DNA of 63,568 bases, the filler included, from Saprolegnia diclina VS20 (Eukaryota): assembly GCF_000281045.1 (NCBI RefSeq). It is 5 parts of 2 records of this genome, joined end to end, with 100 filler letters (N's around TTAATTAATTAA, not from the genome) between each part and the next. Parts side by side here need not be neighbours in the genome. Positions count along the whole stretch, not along the records: positions 47,152 to 55,877 come from NW_008246079.1; positions 55,978 to 62,378 come from NW_008246079.1; 3 more parts are not named here. One strand, 5' to 3'. Within the stretch, counting starts at the first letter, position 1; every line of letters begins with the position of its first letter. Shown here one piece after another: positions 47,052 through 59,489 of the stretch. A program made the position numbers and the translations under genes. The notes beneath the pieces are model-generated. The model had not been told where the DNA came from and ran no database searches. It saw only the letters and a list, made by a program, of their open reading frames with translations.

Positions 47052-47151
47052 NNNNNNNNNNNNNNNNNNNNNNNNNNNNNNNNNNNNNNNNNNNNTTAAT
47101 TAATTAANNNNNNNNNNNNNNNNNNNNNNNNNNNNNNNNNNNNNNNNNNNN

Positions 47152-47907
47152 CTCTTCACGCTCGGTGTGTGCTCGGTGCTCTTCCTCTTCATCTCGTTCG
47201 CGGGTGTCCACAACGTCGGCTGCCAGATTCCCGGCAACCTCCTCTTTGCCATCACAGGCACCAAGCTCGGCTTCAGTGCGCCCCGCGGCGGCATCGTCCT
47301 CGCCTTCCTCTTCATGCAGCTCCACTGCTCGATCGCGTTTGCCGTCATTCTCTTCCCGACGTTTTACATCTTTGAGCGCATCATCCTCGGCTTCCACAAG
47401 CAGCACTTTACGCTCGAGGCTGAGGCCGCCGAGTACCACGACATTGAGACGCCGGCCGAGGACAAGGCGGTGGTTGAGAAGGACGCCGAGCCGATCGAGA
47501 CGGAGGAAAAGCCGATTATTTACGCGACGCGCCGCGACTACCTCAAGGCGTGCATCATGCGCTTCTGCCAAGTGTCCATCTGCACGGTCATTGCGATCAT
47601 CTGGAAGGACCACTTTAACGACCTGCTCAACTTTGTCGGCGCCTCGTCGACGGCCATGGGCTGCATGATCCTCCCCGTGCTCTTCCACCTCAAGACGTTC
47701 AACAAGACGATGCATTTGCCCGAGAAGATTGCCAGCGTCGCGATCATCATTATCATCTCGTTCCTTGCCGTCTACGTCTCGATCCAGACGGGCAAGGCGC
47801 TCTTCACGCCGTCGCCGGCCGACCCGACGATCCTCTTCCCGTACTGCCCGGCCGAGTACCAAAAGATGGTCTACACCAACACGACGTACTACAGCACCAA
47901 GCAGTAG
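47152..47907 (+). CDS. Amino acid/auxin permease (AAAP, Aa_trans) paralog 1, 5' part in gap
   Basis: VGCQIPGNLLFAI, LAFLFMQLH, DLLNFVGAS, ILP, FPYCPAEYQ; multi-TM. Confidence 0.88.
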   Translation, partial: LFTLGVCSVLFLFISFAGVHNVGCQIPGNLLFAITGTKLGFSAPRGGIVLAFLFMQLHCSIAFAVILFPTFYIFERIILGFHKQHFTLEAEAAEYHDIETPAEDKAVVEKDAEPIETEEKPIIYATRRDYLKACIMRFCQVSICTVIAIIWKDHFNDLLNFVGASSTAMGCMILPVLFHLKTFNKTMHLPEKIASVAIIIIISFLAVYVSIQTGKALFTPSPADPTILFPYCPAEYQKMVYTNTTYYSTKQ

Positions 47908-48517
47908 ACGCTTCATGCCGTGTCGTGTTATAGAGAAGTTGTAGTGTATTGAATAGTGTCTAAAACGACCAATGGAGTCGCTTTTGTTTCTACTTGCGGT
48001 CTTGCGTGGGATGGACGTGGCCAAGCGACGAGCCGTGTGGACCTGCTGACCGGTATCGTACACGAGGCACCTGGGATTTTGCTAACAGTGCAACGGATCA
48101 CCGTGAATTTAGAGCGAGCACGTGAAACTCTCACGTGATGGCACAAGCTACTCGGTTTGTGAACGTTGCTTACCCGGCTAAGATGACGTGCGACTAGTCA
48201 TTGACATATATCGAGGCTAATATCACGCTTCTTTAGCTTGCATCAACAACCAACGGTCATTGGAATACATAGCCCAATGCGCGCTGCATGAAGATCAAGG
48301 CATAGCCCTTTACTAAACACCAGTGTAAAGTGTGTACACTGCCACGTAAGATTAGCGTTGGCCAAAATGAGCGTAGGCTACCAGCCTGACAGGGAAACGG
48401 CACAGTAGCTCTACCAGGCTTACTCATTCCTACTAGTAGACGGCGCTTATCGGACCAAGGTAACCCGGAATCAAATAGAGTCCTATTCAATATGTATCCT
48501 ACTAAATTATATGGCAT

Positions 48518-48956
48518 TTATGCATCAACTTCTTCAACTTCTTCAACTTCTTCAACTTCTTCAACTTCTTCGACGACCGTGGCCTCGACGACAGCAGACT
48601 CTGTGCGCAGACTGTCCATGATGCGGACCAGCGCCCTGCACGGTGCGAATGAGGTCGGCTTCGGTGTGCAAGTACGAGATGAAGAAGCGCAGTCGGCACT
48701 TGCCCTCCTCGACGGCCGGGTGCACGATCGGCTTGACGTTGATCTTCTCTTCGTCGCTCAGCCGCATCGAGAGACGCACCGTCTCGACCGTCCCGCCAAT
48801 GTACACGACCACCACGCGGTCAAGATCGCCAAAAGTGAGCTTGACGGACTCGCGGCCACGGTCGTCGAGGAATGTGTAGACGACCTTGTTCGGCGTCGTG
48901 CGAGCGCGCTACTTCATGAGCTCGACGATCGAGAGCTCGTGATGGGCGACGGGCAT
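48518..48956 (-). pseudogene. Internally deleted relic joining a fatty acyl-AMP ligase N-terminus to an alpha-oxoamine synthase (BioF/SPT-like) C-terminus
   Basis: SIVELMK*RARTTPNKVVYTFLDDRGRESVKLTFGDLDR continues in frame into VVVVYIGG...INVKPIVHPAVEEGKCRLRFFISYLHTEADL; in-frame TAG at 48909-48911; a frameshift precedes the (EEV)n tail. Confidence 0.75.
48525..48572. repeat. 9-bp tandem repeat (TCAACTTCT)x5, encoding EEV repeats on the minus strand
   Basis: Directly visible. Confidence 0.9.
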
Positions 48957-50402
48957 AGTGCTTACAGCGTCGAGCACAGGTACGCTCTCGTCTTCGCGGC
49001 ACAGACCACGTGGCTGCCAAGGCCGAAACTCATTGCCGCGCTTGCGAAAAAAGTGGCGTAGGCTGCGGTCTGGCTTGGGCATGCGTCTAAATTGAAACTG
49101 GCCTAGTTGGTCTCCACGCAAAGTAGCACCCTATTTGCGGTGCGAGTCCGTTGAAAAGCGATTGAGCCAAGTACAACAAATATACCTCACTTGGGCGTGC
49201 TCCAATGTGGCTTTCGCGCCAAAATAGTGATCTCTTCCAAACAACAAAGCCCTCCCCTGCAACCCAACCAGGCCAACGTTACTACCGTTAGAACCCTCCT
49301 ACCACGGAACCACCCCCGTGCACCGTCGTTGGCAGCTCAAATCAACATTCTACTCGATATTAACGTTCGTTCGTGGCTACTTAAGCACATCGGACCCGTT
49401 CGCATGGGCTTGGCTGCGATGAGGTCGTTTGCGCTGAGTGGCATAATGCGCCGCCCGACAACCTGGCAGGTATAGCTTGGCCAATCAGATCGCGGTCTAC
49501 GGTATATAACGAGAGATGGTTGGCCAGCTAATCAAACGGCGCACTTAAGCGGATTACAGAGAAACTGCAGACTGCCACGCCATTTGCATGTCTTACGGTC
49601 GCGCTCCCGAGCTATGTTGCAACATATTTCTAAGAGCCGAGTCGTTTAGTGCTGTGTCGGGACGCGTGGACCGTACGAATAATACTGGACAAAGGTCTGG
49701 CCGTTGTTTGTGAATCTTCAACGTTGCGATGTGTTGGTGGATTGTCCAACTACCTTTTTCGACTATAGTATGTACTAACGTTAGCTGTAGTGTGAAGGTA
49801 AGACTAATTCAATTGAATTTGCTCCGAACTTGTCCCTACGAGCTACATTTTGTACGATATACTAGAGTTTAGAATGAAATCCGAGTTGCGCAATCAATTT
49901 GACGAGCTGCACCAAAAGTGCGCACAGGATCCAAAGATGCGCCAACGTATGTTTCTACGTCCATGTGGGTCGTAGCGTGCAACGTGATGCAACTGCTGGG
50001 GCTCGTGAAAACGAAATAGCCCGCCACAGCCATGAAATCTGAGAATGCGACGAAGCTGTATGTGGTCCCAGATCTGAAACTGTGACGGAGCCTCGTGCAC
50101 AATTCCATCCCCAGATATCCTCCGGCGTCTCGTTCGGCGCCTCATTTGAAAGCGTTGCGCCGCCTCCACACTTCTAGACAATGCGCAGGACACCCATTTT
50201 GTGATTGAGCAATCGTTTTGTCGCGGCGGCGTCACCGCTTTTCCGCCAATCAGCACACGACAAGAGCATTGCGCAAACCCGCCGCGATCTCTAGTCGCGT
50301 CAGCGCACAACGCGGGCAAAACACCTCGCTGAGTGCAAAGGCTCACTACGCATTTCGCTTCCTCTGTCCCACCACAACTACGACTACCGGTCTCATTGCA
50401 TC

Positions 50403-51805
50403 ATGGCCAAGGACCCTTTCTTNNNNNNNNNNNNNNNNNNNNNNNNNNNNNNNNNNNNNNNNNNNNNNNNNNNNNNNNNNNNNNNNNNNNNNNNNNNNNN
50501 NNNNNNNNNNNNNNNNNNNNNNNNNNNNNNNNNNNNNNNNNNNNNNNNNNNNNNNNNNNNNNNNNNNNNNNNNNNNNNNNNNNNNNNNNNNNNNNNNNNN
50601 NNNNNNNNNNNNNNNNNNNNNNNNNNNNNNNNNNNNNNNNNNNNNNNNNNNNNNNNNNNNNNNNNNNNNNNNNNNNNNNNNNNNNNNNNNNNNNNNNNNN
50701 NNNNNNNNNNNNNNNNNNNNNNNNNNNNNNNNNNNNNNNNNNNNNNNNNNNNNNNNNNNNNNNNNNNNNNNNNNNNNNNNNNNNNNNNNNNNNNNNNNNN
50801 NNNNNNNNNNNNNNNNNNNNNNNNNNNNNNNNNNNNNNNNNNNNNNNNNNNNNNNNNNNNNNNNNNNNNNNNNNNCTCGGTGTTGTCTTCTCGGACGCGA
50901 TCGCGATCTACTTTTTGCTGAGCAGCATCGAAATCCCGGAAGGTGTCTCGCCGCCGTCGCCCGACATCTCGCTCAGTGGTGTCGCAACCGTCTTTGGCAG
51001 CTTGGCGCTCTCGTACGGCGCCGGCATCATCATCCCGTCGCTCCAGCGCGAGCACTCACAGCCCGAGCGTATGCCGCGCGTGATCACGGTCACCTTGGTG
51101 CTTGTCTCGTTTTGCTTTCTCATCGTCTCGGTCCTCGGTGTTTTCAAGGTCGGCTGCCAGATCCCCGGCAACCTCCTCTTTGCCATTACCGGCTCCAAGC
51201 TCGGTTTCACCGCGTCGCGCGGCGGTGTCATTCTCGCCTTCCTCTTCATGCACCTCCACATTGTGATTGCGTTTGCCCTTGTGCTCTTCCCGGCCATGTT
51301 TATGGCCGAACGCGTCGTCTTGGGTTTGCACAAGCAAGAAGGTATCGCCAAGGACATCGACGTGATCGACCTCGAGACGCCCAAGGACCTCAGTACTGAC
51401 CTCCTTCAGCATGACGACCCGTCGGCGGCGTACAAGGCGCCGGGTGCGTACCTCAAGGCTGCGGTTCTTCGCACCATCATGGTTGCGCTCTGCGTCGTGG
51501 TTGCGATTGCGTTCAAGGACAAGTTTGGCGATCTGCTCGACTTCATTGGTGCATCGGCGACGTCGACGTGCTGCATGATTCTGCCGATCGCGTTTTACCT
51601 CAAGACGTTTTGGGTCAAACTCTCCAAGGCCGAAAAGTGCTTTGCTGTCTTGTCGATGGTGGTCACGACAGCGCTTGCGATCTATGTGTCGATCAAGACG
51701 GGCATTGCGCTCTTCTCGCCGACCGAGTCGGCGACGGTGTTTCCGTTCTGCCCCGTCGAGTACCAGCAGGTTGTGTACACGAACCGGACCCACTACAAGT
51801 TTTAG
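50403..51805 (+). CDS. AAAP amino-acid permease paralog 2 (gap inside)
   Basis: MAKDPF start; FGSLALSYGAGIIIPSLQREHSQPERMPRV, VGCQIPGNLLF, DLLDFIGAS. Confidence 0.9.
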
Positions 51806-53840
51806 ATCGCATCATTTATAGCCCAAAACTACCTCTCTTTGTAATAGTAGAATGTCATTCGATTCGTGAGTAAGCTTTTTCCTTCTTGGGTCGCAACGGG
51901 GTCACAACAGGAAAGGAAGCGCATCCATCAACGCTATTATCCAAGCTGAAATGCAACGCAATCAAGCGCTGAGACGAGGAGGCGTTCGCGCCTAGTACGT
52001 GGACGCACCCAATGCACGGAACCACTAGAAACGAGTTGTCATGACACTCGACTTCAACCCTTGGCATGACATTTCAGCATCTCTCCTTATGCAAAGGAGT
52101 CATGGCTGGTCACATGCGAGTGGCGTTCTTGCTGCCACAGGCGCCGAAGAACATTCCTGTGTCGACTGAGATATCAGAGAGGCCAGGTAGCGCTCATGGG
52201 TAGCGCTCATCGGTTTCACAAATGGACGAGTTGAAGTGAACAAATGCGCAATCAATCTGGGATACGACAATTCTGTGCATTTCTCGGTGCGGGTTTCGCC
52301 AACAGAAGGGGTGAGCATGGTGTGCCACGGACAACAGTCCTTGTAGACTGATACCGGTCCAGGTATCACGCCATGTTATCGTATTCTTTTGCCCTTTGGA
52401 AGGACAAGCCGTTGACAACGTGTTCGTTCACAATAATCGAGGACAAGTTGGCGCAAAAACGAAATGCAAGAAAAGACCCGCGTGTCGAAGGACCATAAAG
52501 ATTTGTTAGCAAGCGCCAAGTTATTACTTCGTACTCGCACTGCGAACCCCGTTCGACTGCAACGAGAGCACGGCCGCGATGAGTTGACACACGTCCAGTA
52601 TCCGGATGCGGGTCCAGCCGGTGTGGTTGCGCATCGCGGATTTGCGCAAACCGCGCGGGTCTTTGCCGGATGGGAGCGGTTTGTCATCAACTGCCATGGC
52701 GCGTGCTCAGAAGTTATAACACTCCATGTGCTACGTCCCTTCGGCATACGCCTCGAATCAGGCCTCAACGGCGACGTCTCCAGCGCCTGTCGACGGTATG
52801 TGGCTGTCTGTCTACGCTCTAATAAGATCGATGTCTCTCCTGACGGTAGCAACCTGGAAGCACCAATGCAAGCGGCCAGCCTGGAGCTCGCGTTGACTTC
52901 AAAAGCGCGCGTTTGAAGCGCGCAAAAGCCAGTCTTGAGTGTCACGGACGCCGCTTCCAGCGTGGATTTGGGTGCCATCGCCTCACCGCCTCGCTCCAGA
53001 CGGAATGCGAACACCAGGCGCCTGCTTGTACCACATACACGGCGTCCCAAGGCGAGTAGCTCGCCGCTGAGTATCGCAAATTGGCACCTCAACCACTCTT
53101 GCCTACGCGCGAATACCAACGATCGACCGAGCTACTCGTTCTCGCTCGCCGTTGCGTCTCGTTCTCACGTTTACCAACCCACTTGGGTTGCTTGAAGGCG
53201 CCGATGTGCTGCGTCTCCGTGGTGCGACGGGTTGACCTTCTCACAAANNNNNNNNNNNNNNNNNNNNNNNNNNNNNNNNNNNNNNNNNNNNNNNNNNNNN
53301 NNNNNNNNNNNNNNNNNNNNNNNNNNNNNNNNNNNNNNNNNNNNNNNACCACTCTTGCCTACGCGCGAATACCAACGATCGACCGAGCTACTCGTTCTCG
53401 CTCGCCGCTGCGTCTCGTTCCCACGTTTACCAACCCACTTGGGTTGCTTGAAGGCGCCGATGTGCTGCGTCTCCGTGGTGCGACGGGTTGACCTTCTCAC
53501 AAATATCTTGCTTTTTGTATATGACCCTGCCGACTGGAATAAAATTTTGGATCGCGACGACGCTGTTTCTACGCGCCACGTGGCGGCGCCGAACACGCAT
53601 CCAATCAGCGCTTTGCGCCCATTGCGCAATAGCAGCGGTATCTCTAGTGCTTCGAGGACAAGTTTACCCGATTAGGTCGGCGCTGATTGGTCGATGCGAG
53701 AAAGGTCGAAACTGTCGCACTAGGTGCCATACACGACGATCCACCACCCGATGGGTTGCGCCGCAACACCACTCGGCTATGCCAGAGCAGCACAAATCAA
53801 TTTGCCGCCTTGCAGCAACACCAAGACCACAAGTATTACC

Positions 53841-55335
53841 ATGGCCAAGGATCCCTTCTTCACGATTGAAGACACCAAGATGGGCTTCTCGCTCTTCTGC
53901 GTCGTCTGCGGTATCGGCACCCTCTCNNNNNNNNNNNNNNNNNNNNNNNNNNNNNNNNNNNNNNNNNNNNNNNNNNNNNNNNNNNNNNNNNNNNNNNNNN
54001 NNNNNNNNNNNNNNNNNNNNNNNNNNNNNNNNNNNNNNNNNNNNNNNNNNNNNNNNNNNNNNNNNNNNNNNNNNNNNNNNNNNNNNNNNNNNNNNNNNNN
54101 NNNNNNNNNNNNNNNNNNNNNNNNNNNNNNNNNNNNNNNNNNNNNNNNNNNNNNNNNNNNNNNNNNNNNNNNNNNNNNNNNNNNNNNNNNNNNNNNNNNN
54201 NNNNNNNNNNNNNNNNNNNNNNNNNNNNNNNNNNNNNNNNNNNNNNNNNNNNNNNNNCCTCGTCCTCGGTGGCACGATCCTCACGGTCTTGTTTCCCGAC
54301 TCGTACGAAGATACGACGTGGATCATCTTGATGGGCATCTCGCTCCTTCCGGTCTGCCTCGTCCCAACGCTCAAGGAAAGCGCGGGTACCGCCACCGCCG
54401 GTGCGCTCGGCGTGCTTTTCGCCGACGCCATCGCCATCTACCTCTTGGTTAGCAACATTGACATTCCCGACGAAGTCTCGCCGCCGTCGCCCGAGCTCTC
54501 GCTCAGTAGTGTCGCAACCGTCTTTGGCAGCTTGGCCCTTGCGTATGCAGCCGGCATCATCATTCCGTCGCTCCAGCGCGAGCACTCGCAGCCCGAGCGT
54601 ATGCCGCGCGTGATCACGGTCACCTTGGTGCTCGTCTCGATTTGCTTTCTCGTTGTCTCGGTCCTCGGTGTCTTCAAGGTCGGCTGCCAGATCCCCGGCA
54701 ACCTCCTCTTTGCCATTACCGGCTCCAAGCTCGGCTTCACCGCGTCGCGCGGCGGTGTCATTCTCTCGTTCCTCTTCATGCACCTCCACATTGTGATTGC
54801 ATTTGCGCTCGTGTTCTTCCCGGCCATGTTCATGGCCGAGCGCATTGTCCTGGGCTTGCACAAGAACAGCCCGGTGGAAGCCGCCGACGTCATTGACCTC
54901 GAGACGCCCAAGGACACGACAGCCGAGCTCATTGCACGCCACGACGACCCCGCGGATGCCTATAAGGCGCCGGGTGCCTACGCCAAGGCTGCGGTTCTCC
55001 GCACCATCATGGTTGCGCTCTGCGTCGTGGTTGCGATTGCGTTCAAAGACAAGTTTGGGGACCTTTTGGATTTTATCGGTGCATCGGCGACGGCGACGTG
55101 TTGCATGATTCTGCCGATCGCGTTTTACCTCAAGACGTTTTGGCCGACGCTCTCCAAGGCTGAAAAGTGCTTTGCGATCTTCTCGATGCTCGTGACGACG
55201 GTCCTCGCCGTGTACGTCTCGATCAAGACGGGCATTGCGCTCTTCTCGCCGACCGAGTCGGCGATCACGTTCCCGTTCTGCCCCGAAAAGTACCAGCACT
55301 ACGTCTACACGAACCGAACCCACTACAAATTTTGA
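53841..55335 (+). CDS. AAAP amino-acid permease paralog 3 (gap inside)
   Basis: MAKDPFFTIEDTKMGFSLFCVVCGIGTL; remainder closely similar to paralog 2. Confidence 0.9.
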
Positions 55336-55977
55336 GGTCGTCTCTCGTTTTTGTAGTGTATTATGTCGCTTAATCTAATTCTATTCCTGCGTACTACGAA
55401 AAAGGCCTTGGCCCTTGATCGCGTTGCCGATCTTATCTTGTTGGTTGTCCCCATAGCATGGCTGTCATAATACTACTGGAAATATCACATTTGTTGAAAA
55501 CTTTGGTCGCACAAGGAAATTTGGTTCTAGGGTGTAGATAGAGAGACATCCCAACGCAGGAGTCTACGCCATCGACTATGATGCTGATGCTCTTGTCGGA
55601 CGATGAACCGACCGCGTCAGCGCATTAATGCGACATATCTTGTTGGGTGCATGCGGAGGCGAGAAGGACTGGCCCTTCCGACTGGGCGAGACACTTGCCA
55701 TGCAGTTGAGCCCGGCATAGGTTGGCTGTCCGGTATAGAAGGTGATGCTATGACGTAGCGCAACCATTTCACGTCGCGCAGTCGCCAACCAAGTGCACAA
55801 CCTCGCAGAAGGACGCAAGGACCGACACAGCAGAGTCTCGTGTCGTTGCACGACATGAGAAACAGCCGCTGCAGTTCNNNNNNNNNNNNNNNNNNNNNNN
55901 NNNNNNNNNNNNNNNNNNNNNTTAATTAATTAANNNNNNNNNNNNNNNNNNNNNNNNNNNNNNNNNNNNNNNNNNNN

Positions 55978-56496
55978 AAGTAGAGCGCCATCAGCGACAG
56001 GAGCTGGTCCGTGTCCTTGGCGCGCTGACGCATTTCTTTGGCGACGCGTCGGTTCTCGCGCTTCCCGACGATCGCCATGGCGCAAAGCTGCTGGTAGAAG
56101 AGACCATCTTGGGACGTGGTCGCGGCGAACCAAGGCAGCGTACTGTACGAATCGTCTGGCATGTCGAGGAAGCTCTTGGCCTCGACGACGTCGTTGGGCG
56201 CCACCGACTGTCCCAGCGGCGCCGTCAAGTCGACCTCTACAACGAGTATGAGCAAGCCATTGGATAGGCAGAGCCCGTACCGCGGCCTTGGGTCGCATTG
56301 AAGAGCCCATCGAGCGTCATCTGCTGCTCGGTGAGGTCGCGTGCCATGTCGAGGAGCGACTCGGCGGGCAAGGACGCATTCCACGAGAGATCGTACGTGC
56401 GCAACTTGATCACAAGCCTACGACGCATGAGCCATGATGCATGCCATCGTCAGCGCACCGCAGCGGCACGGCGACGCTCGTTATCTCGGCCACCAT
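55978..56496 (-). CDS. Hypothetical protein, 5' part (truncated by gap), two short introns
   Basis: Spliced reading MVAEITSVAVPLR/LVIKLRTYDLSW...NATQGR/EVDLTAPLGQ...LLSLMALY using GT-AG introns; host-like codon usage; no family recognised. Confidence 0.55.
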
Positions 56497-56917
56497 CGAC
56501 GCCGTTCGACTCTGCCTCCTCACAGCATCGCACCCGGCACCGTATCCGGACGAGCTGCCTCTACGGTTGCGATTGGCCGCGTTTGATTGGCAATTGATTT
56601 TCATTTTCAGCAAACAATCGGCGACGCCTTTCCCGCCCACATGGTCCTCCACGCACTCGTCTCCTCTTTCAAACTCCGTCCCTGAAGAAGGCGGAGGCAA
56701 CCCCGCGGATGCTAGCGCGACGTTAGTACTAGGACTAGGATGAGTACGTAGCATGCTGCCTTGACGACGTCCTGACAAGTACACGACTGTACGTCCTTGA
56801 TAAAGAGTCTGTGTGCCCAGGGGCACTGCGTCTGAAAGGGCTGATAGAGGGGCGCGTCCACGATCTCCGCCGGGCTGGCGACGAGAAAGCCCGTCGCTGC
56901 CAGCGCAATCAGGGACT

Positions 56918-56997
56918 GTATGCACAAGGGTCAATATACAGTTTATTGACCATTGATAGGGGTCAATATACAGTTTATTGACCATTGATAGTATGCA
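56918..56997. mobile_element. 66-bp insert (duplicated 32-bp hairpin unit) between 7-bp direct repeats; putative transposon footprint
   Basis: GTATGCA (56918-56924) + CAAGGGTCAATA...TATTGACCATTGATA with the unit repeated at 56928 and 56960 + GTATGCA (56991-56997). Confidence 0.6.
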
Positions 56998-57365
56998 TTA
57001 GCAGCCCATATACTGCTATTATACTATAGTACGTTAGTTCATATTTGTCATGCAGACGGAGATGACTTGACGTGCGCGAAGGTTTTGTATCGGAATACGA
57101 TTGCAACACCGACTTTAGTGCTTGGACAACGAGTGCCGGTTCGAGTCCGCCGATGGCGTGCGATTAACGCAGCATTTAGCCAAGCACACGCTTTGGACGT
57201 ATTGGCTGCTGCTGTCGGACCCGTCTTGCGGGGTGGAGGAGACAGTCCCCGCTTCTCGGTCGTGCAGAAGCCTCGGCAACTTGAACTGCGTGTTGATTGC
57301 CTGAAAACTGTTTCATTTTGACCAATCAGAAACGCGTTCCTTCGCCCGAGGCTAACGGCGTCAGC

Positions 57366-59232
57366 ATGGTCGGGCCCTGGCTGTGCCACCCCGGTCACTA
57401 CCACAGCTTCCAGTCGTCCGAGGCGCCGCACGCGCTTAAGGAGAGGCCGTCGTACTTGACTTCGCTCGGCCTCTCGCGCACGACGCCCAAGTCGCCGAGC
57501 GTCCACTGCCTCATCTGCCATCGCGTCCTCGACGCCAACCTCTGCACGTGCTTGGCATGCGGCCTCGCCGTGCACCGCGCGTGCTTGTCCAAGACGCAGC
57601 GAACAAGCTCCATGAAGCGCGAAGACCGCGTGATTCCTGTGTGCACCTCGTACCTCGCGCGCACGATGGCCCCGTCGACGCCGGAAGCGCACCCGACGCC
57701 AGCGTCGCCGCAGCTCCAGCTTCTCGAAGAGCTGTCCCTCGACCCACTGCACATGGTGTCGCCGCGAACGCCCCAAGCTGCTGCCGCGAGCTCCAACGTC
57801 GCGCTCCGGTACATTCGCCGGTACGCGCCGTACGTCGCCGGCGGCGTCCTCGTCGGTGGCGCCGCGGTCATGGGGATGCCCATGATGGCGCTCACAGGCC
57901 TCGGCGTCGGCCTCTCCGCCTCTACCGCGCAGGGGTCCTTAGCGTGGTCGAGCCGCGCGTCCAGCGAGGTGCGTGTGCTTGGTGTCCATCGACCATCTGC
58001 AGATTGTGTGCGTAGCGCACCAAGGCAGCGATGGACGTCGACTGGGCCCGGCGCATCTGTTGGGAGCTCAAGCAAAAGACCGAGATTGGCGATAGCTCGT
58101 ACAAGCAAGACGCAGCGCTTCTGCGCAGGTAGACGCACGCTCGCTAGCTCATTTCCACAGCGAAACCCCAGGTACCACAACGCGACCGACGCGCCACCAA
58201 CGACGAACGACGTGTACATCATGCTTTTCGGTCTCTGTGCGTCGACGGACGAGCTCCTTGGGCGCGTCAACAGCGCGCTCTGCGATGCGTTTCGCAGCCG
58301 GCGCAAACTCCACCCGTGCGCATGACAATTGCGATATAGAAGTATACCATTTGTGCATTGGACTAGGTGTCTCAAGCAGACATTGGAAGACGCGCAAGTG
58401 TACGTCGGCCACGTCTTGGCCGTCACGATGAACACGTACCCTGCGCTCTCGACAACCGACGAGAGCATCATGGACGCCACCGAGGCGGTCGAAAAAATCG
58501 TCTACAGGTGCGCGCACTTCACATTCACACCGCTTTGCACATCGCGCGTAGTGATATCTACTCGACCGTCTTTACTGCCTTTCGCGACGAATACGCCGCG
58601 CACGACGCCACGTTGCGCGCCCGTGTGCGCGAGGTTCACGCTCGCGCATGTCAAACAAACGCCACAACCCTCGCTAGGTGCGGACTGTGCGGCCAGACAT
58701 GTCGACCGAGAGGTACCTCTCGACGGGATCCTCAATCGAACGCATTGAGACGGCGGTCGCGCTCGACGTACGTCCGTCCTGTGGCCATGGACAGAGCCGA
58801 ATGAAGCATCGTCTAGGCCCTGTCCTCGATGCAAGAGCTCAAGTACCCGCTCGGGAAGCTGCACGCGCTCAGCCGCAGCTTTCGCGCGCTTTGCAACGTG
58901 GCCGAAGCTCGGTTTGCCTGCGCGGCGAATGCCGATATACTCTTGCCCATGGTCATGGACCTCATCGTGTACGCGCCGACGACGGCATTCGTCGCGCACC
59001 TCGCGTTCGTGTCGACGCTGACGCGTGGCGGCGGACGCGGCGTCGACGGCTACGCGCTCACGACGTTTCATGTCGCGTTGCGCGCGCTGGCGTCGATCGA
59101 CGTGGCGGTACAAACGATCAACTATCGCATGTGGCCTCATTCGGTCGATAGCCCACGAGCGATGCGGATGACGACGACGACACTGCAACGACAGACAATG
59201 ACGATGAATTCTTTGATGCTATCGAAGGCTAA
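57366..59232 (+). CDS. VPS9-domain (Rab5-family GEF) protein with N-terminal C1-like zinc finger and C-terminal FFAT motif, multi-exon
   Basis: HSF...CLICHR...CLACGLAVHRAC...C; Gly-rich hydrophobic segment; VPS9 motifs PLGKL, ANADILLP, GYALTTFHVAL; last exon after intron 59108-59151 ends DDEFFDAIEG*. Confidence 0.85.
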
Positions 59233-59489
59233 GCGCGGCAAATGGTGTTTTAATTTAACATCGCATGGACGACTCGAGTTGTCTGTCGACGTGTAGACTG
59301 CAAGTTTTTTCCGAAAAACGAAACGCCAACGCACCACCGCCGTCCATTATTGCCGTTTCGTGCGACCGCAACTGCGACTCCGTTCGTAGTCCTTATAGCT
59401 TGCACTCCCTGACAACCGCTTCGAGACGACAACACGTCAAGTGATCAAATGCACTAAGGTACAAATTATAGAGGGCCACTCTACTACGA

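Noticed and set aside
52100..53250. ORFs between AAAP paralogs 2 and 3, and similarly at 45300-45770 and 8387-9060
   Set aside because: May be old transposon or gene debris, but no transposase or other motif could be identified by eye.
53092..53503. 156-bp direct repeat on both sides of a 100-N gap
   Set aside because: The copies abut the gap and differ by two SNPs; most likely unmerged overlapping contig ends from two haplotypes.
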